64,000 bases of DNA from assembly GCA_963702835.1 (NCBI GenBank), contig OY969762.1, forward strand, positions 750,626 through 814,625, given 5' to 3'. Source of the DNA: Candidatus Aminicenantes bacterium (lineage in GTDB: Bacteria > Acidobacteriota > Aminicenantia > Aminicenantales > JAFGAV01). Below, one piece after another: positions 60,427 to 64,000 of this stretch. Position 1 is the stretch's first letter. Each line of letters opens with the position of its first letter. The notes under the pieces are model-generated. The model was given only the letters and a program-made list of their open reading frames with translations, was not told where the DNA came from and did no database searches. The translations under genes and the position numbers were made by a program.

Positions 60427-62304
60427 TCAAAAAATTTCCAGAGCGGCATGCACCAAACCTGTCAAGGCTTCACCAGCAATGAGGCCTGCCGCCAGGAGGA
60501 TGCCCACGTTCTCCACTCGTGCCTTCTGGGCGTCGTTCATTTTGCGGCGAACGATCAGTCGGTCGACAATACCCTTGATCATGCCGCCGCAGAAGATGGC
60601 GAACGTAGTGCCCAGGGGGAGGTACATGCCCACGGCCACCAGCATGGGCGAGCGGACCTGGACCAAAATCATTACTAGGCCCAACAGCATGCCCACGATG
60701 ACCAGCGGCCAGGCCATTTGGCCGCCGACGATGCCCTGGGATAAGGCGGCCATCAGTCCAGCCTGGGGGGCGGGGAGTTCAGGGCTCCCAAACTTGAAGG
60801 CGGCGTGGAGGATCATCAAGGGGAAGAAAAGAACCAGGGAGGCGAACAGGATGCCGAACATGTTTCCTACTTGCATCTTCCAGGGCGTGCCGCCCAGGAT
60901 ATGCCCGACCTTGAGGTCTTGGAGCATCTCTCCGGCCACGGCCGAGGAAACACAGACGACGGCCGCTACGCCCAGAACGGCGACGACGCCCCTAATCCCC
61001 GTGGCGCCGATAAGCACCATGAGCAGGGCGGCGATGATCAGCGTGGAAAGGGTCAAACCGGAGATGGGGTTGTTGGAGGAGCCGATCGTACCCACCAGGT
61101 TGCCCGACACCGCGGCGAAAAAGAATCCGGCGATGATCATCACTGCCGCGGCAATGAGGGCCGAACTCATCGTCCCGGAGAAAATCTTATAAACGAAGAC
61201 CATCAGGATGAGGCACGCGGCCAGGCCGGCGAATACGATCCGGAGGTTGAGGTCCTTTTCCAGCCGGCCAACGCTTTCCGCTTGTCCGGCCGCCTTTTTG
61301 ATGTCGCTGAAGGAACGTTTCATCCCTGCGGCCAGGTTCTTTCGCATTTTATAAAGCGTGTAACCGGCGCCCATCAGCATCCCACCCACGGCGATGGGCC
61401 GGATGATGAAGAGCCAGATGTTGGTCACATAGTCAGCGCCGTCGGCGTCAAAGAGAGGTAGGCCGATGGAGGCCAACTGGGGCCCGAGGAAGAAGATCAA
61501 CAGCGGGGCGAAGAGGCCCCAGGCCAAGACGCCGCCGGCGAAGTTCAGGGCGCCCAGGCGCGGGCCGATGATGTAGCCGACGCCGATATAGGCGGGCATG
61601 ATGCCGGGACCGGAGAAATAATACTGTCCGCCGGTGGAAAGAGCGGGGGCCGTACCGGCCGTGCCCAATTTGACTAGGCTCTTGCCCAGGGCGCCGACTT
61701 TGATAAAGAAATTTTTGGTGGCCGAAAAAACCTTCAATACGCCTAGGGCATAGATCACGGAGCCAACGCCCATGGATATAAACAAGAACTTGGCGCCGGC
61801 GCTGCCCCGCTGTCCGGCCTTATGAATCTCGGCCGCGGCCTTGGACTCCGGGAAGGGGAGGTCGGGATCGGTGACCATCACCCGCCGCAGGAAGGTGACG
61901 AAGAGAATGCCCAGCAGGCCGCCCACGAACATCAACAGGGAGCTTTTGACATAAACGCTCACGCCCTTGAACACCTTCCAGTCGGCCAGGAGCGGGGAAT
62001 TGGTTTGGATGGCCACCAGGACAAAGGCCGGGATGGTGAAGATGGCTCCGGCCGCTACGGACTCGCCGATGGAGCCAACGGTTCGGGCAATGTTTTCTTC
62101 CAGGATGGAGCCGCGCATGAGCTTGAGGACGGCCATGCCGATGACGGCTGCCGGGTAGGTGGCGGCAATGGTCATGCCCGCCCGCAGGCCGAGATAAGCG
62201 TTGGCCGCGCCCAGAACGACGCACATCACCAAGCCGATGAGCAGAGCCCTCAGGGTGAACTCTCTCATGTTCGTTTTTTCCGGAACGTAGGGCTGATGGG
62301 GCAT
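60427..62304 (-). CDS. OPT family oligopeptide transporter
   Basis: The protein is 625 aa with many TM segments and an OPT-type N-terminus (FTLRALLIGLVMCVVLGAANAYLGL). It may extend about 50 aa further (to about 60278) if the T6 run at 60428-60433 is really T7. Confidence 0.8.
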   Translation of the reverse strand: MPHQPYVPEKTNMREFTLRALLIGLVMCVVLGAANAYLGLRAGMTIAATYPAAVIGMAVLKLMRGSILEENIARTVGSIGESVAAGAIFTIPAFVLVAIQTNSPLLADWKVFKGVSVYVKSSLLMFVGGLLGILFVTFLRRVMVTDPDLPFPESKAAAEIHKAGQRGSAGAKFLFISMGVGSVIYALGVLKVFSATKNFFIKVGALGKSLVKLGTAGTAPALSTGGQYYFSGPGIMPAYIGVGYIIGPRLGALNFAGGVLAWGLFAPLLIFFLGPQLASIGLPLFDADGADYVTNIWLFIIRPIAVGGMLMGAGYTLYKMRKNLAAGMKRSFSDIKKAAGQAESVGRLEKDLNLRIVFAGLAACLILMVFVYKIFSGTMSSALIAAAVMIIAGFFFAAVSGNLVGTIGSSNNPISGLTLSTLIIAALLMVLIGATGIRGVVAVLGVAAVVCVSSAVAGEMLQDLKVGHILGGTPWKMQVGNMFGILFASLVLFFPLMILHAAFKFGSPELPAPQAGLMAALSQGIVGGQMAWPLVIVGMLLGLVMILVQVRSPMLVAVGMYLPLGTTFAIFCGGMIKGIVDRLIVRRKMNDAQKARVENVGILLAAGLIAGEALTGLVHAALEIF

Positions 62305-62440
62305 GAATTCCTCCTTGACGGAATTGTGCCTCTATATGACAAAATTTAATATCAAAAGTCAAGCCGAGGGCCGGACCGCCCCATTTGCCATAGGAAAAGA
62401 TTTGTGCTAAAAAGAAATATCACATGAAAGAAGGACGTCC

Positions 62441-63472
62441 ATGGGCGTGATCAAGTGGTTCAAGGACCGGCTCTTCTGTGACCTGGCCATCGACCTGGGA
62501 ACGGCCAACACCCTGGTTTATATGCGGGGCAAGGGCATTATCCTCCAGGAGCCCTCCATCGTCGTGATCAACAATGCCACGGGCAAAGTGGAGGCTGTCG
62601 GTCACCGGGCCAAGGAGATGCTGGGCAAGACGCCCGGCTCGATCGTCGCCATCCGTCCCATGCGCGACGGGGTCATCGCCGATTTCGAGATCGCCGAGAA
62701 GATGCTCGATTATTTCATCAAGAAAGCCACCAACAACCGCGGCTTCCTGCTCCGGCCGAGGATCGTCATCGGCATCCCCACCGGCATCACCCAGGTCGAG
62801 CGTCGGGCGGTCAAAGACGTGGCCCTGCGGGCCAAGGCTACGGAGGTCTACCTGGTGGAGCAGCCTATGTCGGCCGCAATCGGCGCCGACCTGCCCATCT
62901 CCGAGCCGACGGGCAACATGGTGGTCGATATCGGCGGCGGCACGACGGACATCGCCGTCATCTCCATGAACGGGATCGTCTTCAACCACTCCATTCGCAT
63001 CGCCGGCAACGAGATGGATGAGGCCATCGTCCAGTACCTGAAGAAGAAGTACAACCTGCTGATCGGCGAGAGGACCGCCGAGCAGGTCAAGATACAGATC
63101 GGCTCGGCCTATCCGCTGGATGAGCCGTTGACCATGGAAATCAAGGGCCGGGACCTGCGTGACGGCATCCCCAAGACCATCGTCGTGGATGACCAGGAGA
63201 TGCGGGAAGCGCTGGAGGACGTGGTGGGGGCCATCATTAATGCCCTCCGCATCGCCCTGGAGAAAACTCCGCCCGAGTTGGCGGCGGACATCATCGACCG
63301 GGGTATCATTCTCACCGGCGGCGGGGCGCTGCTGAAAAATCTGGACCGCCGCATCCGGGAGGAGACACAGCTTCCGGTCTTCATCACCGAGGACCCCTTG
63401 ACTACGGTGGTCCTGGGCGCGGGCAAGATGCTGGACAACCTGGATCTGTTGCGAAAGGTCTCCCTGATCTGA
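62441..63472 (+). CDS. mreB: Rod shape-determining protein MreB
   Basis: DLGTANTLVY...GGGTTDIAVIS... matches the actin-like MreB over the full length. Confidence 0.95.
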   Translation: MGVIKWFKDRLFCDLAIDLGTANTLVYMRGKGIILQEPSIVVINNATGKVEAVGHRAKEMLGKTPGSIVAIRPMRDGVIADFEIAEKMLDYFIKKATNNRGFLLRPRIVIGIPTGITQVERRAVKDVALRAKATEVYLVEQPMSAAIGADLPISEPTGNMVVDIGGGTTDIAVISMNGIVFNHSIRIAGNEMDEAIVQYLKKKYNLLIGERTAEQVKIQIGSAYPLDEPLTMEIKGRDLRDGIPKTIVVDDQEMREALEDVVGAIINALRIALEKTPPELAADIIDRGIILTGGGALLKNLDRRIREETQLPVFITEDPLTTVVLGAGKMLDNLDLLRKVSLI

Positions 63473-63491
63473 ACGGATCGGCCGGGCGGGC

Positions 63492-64000
63492 ATGCCGCTT
63501 TTTCCCAGAGAAAAGAGATCGAGCAGGATCTTCATCGCCCTGATCGTTTTTCATATGGTCCTGCTGTCTTTCCAAGTCCCGCTGGGCACGGAGCCCACCT
63601 TTGTGGAAAAGTCCGTCTTTGCCGTCCTCACTCCCATCCAGCACGGCGTGGTGGCTGTGGTCCGCTTTCTGGGCCGCCTGTGGCGGACATATTTTTACTT
63701 CCACCACGTCCAGCTCCAAAACCAGGATATGAGACGAGAAATTTATTATCTGCGCCAGGAGAATGCCCTGTTGCGGCACTCCCTGGAAAGGTTTCAAGCC
63801 AAGGAGGGCCTGAGGCTGTTCTTTTTACAGACTCAGCGTTCGATTCACATTGCCTCGGTGATCAGCCTGGACCCGCTGAACTATAAGAAAGCCATGATCA
63901 TCGATCAGGGGCGGCTGGCCGGCCTGGCCAAAGACATGGTCGTCCTGGACGGGGCTGGCCATCTAGTCGGCCGGATCATCGAGCCGCTTTCCCTAGCCGA
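63492..64000 (+). CDS. mreC: Rod shape-determining protein MreC (3' partial)
   Basis: It lies immediately downstream of mreB. An N-terminal TM precedes a coiled coil (RREIYYLRQENALLRHSLERFQ), and the ORF runs to the window end. Confidence 0.65.
   Translation, partial: MPLFPREKRSSRIFIALIVFHMVLLSFQVPLGTEPTFVEKSVFAVLTPIQHGVVAVVRFLGRLWRTYFYFHHVQLQNQDMRREIYYLRQENALLRHSLERFQAKEGLRLFFLQTQRSIHIASVISLDPLNYKKAMIIDQGRLAGLAKDMVVLDGAGHLVGRIIEPLSLA

Overview
This is a roughly 62% GC bacterial chromosomal fragment. Its gene content (tricorn protease, GH127, BNR/sortilin-like propeller, many Tat- or Sec-exported hydrolases) looks like an uncultivated soil or sediment lineage, possibly Acidobacteria-like, though the taxon cannot be fixed from sequence alone. 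I found no rRNA or tRNA genes and no CRISPR arrays.

Most of the window is housekeeping:
- two tandem response regulators and a glutamine-synthetase-family gene at the 5' end;
- a nadC-nadB pair;
- the ileS-lspA-lgt-rluD operon;
- an EF-G paralog;
- a multi-PAS histidine kinase;
- a TCA cluster on the minus strand (icd-mdh-fumarase beta-sucC-sucD);
- acnB, methylmalonyl-CoA mutase, fmt-def, an OPT transporter and mreB-mreC.

It also encodes a large set of secreted enzymes: a cyclophilin-FKBP-GH127 fusion, an M14 carboxypeptidase, a BNR propeller protein, tricorn protease, an M23 peptidase, an MBL hydrolase and a CARDB protein.

The points most worth a second look:
1. A roughly 2.4 kb low-GC island (about 41.76-44.13 kb) lies between the convergent 3' ends of lemA and an MBL hydrolase gene. 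It carries a standalone SIR2-like (SIR2_2-type) NADase-domain protein, a divergently transcribed small membrane-anchored protein, and about 470 bp of decayed non-coding remnant. This is a candidate horizontally acquired defense-type module of undescribed composition.
2. An ArsR/SmtB-family regulator sits in an operon with an extremely Met-rich (about 23% Met) cytoplasmic protein that has a winged-helix-like C-terminus.
3. One secreted 1003-aa protein fuses two different PPIase families to a GH127 beta-L-arabinofuranosidase.
4. There are at least 18 single-base indels, mostly in homopolymer runs, tightly clustered in nadB (6), the mutase (7), fmt/def, fusA2, a flippase-like gene and probably the OPT transporter. 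Five intact ORFs longer than 2.5 kb show none. In every case the shifted frame still encodes perfectly conserved family motifs, so these look like sequence errors in low-quality regions rather than gene decay.
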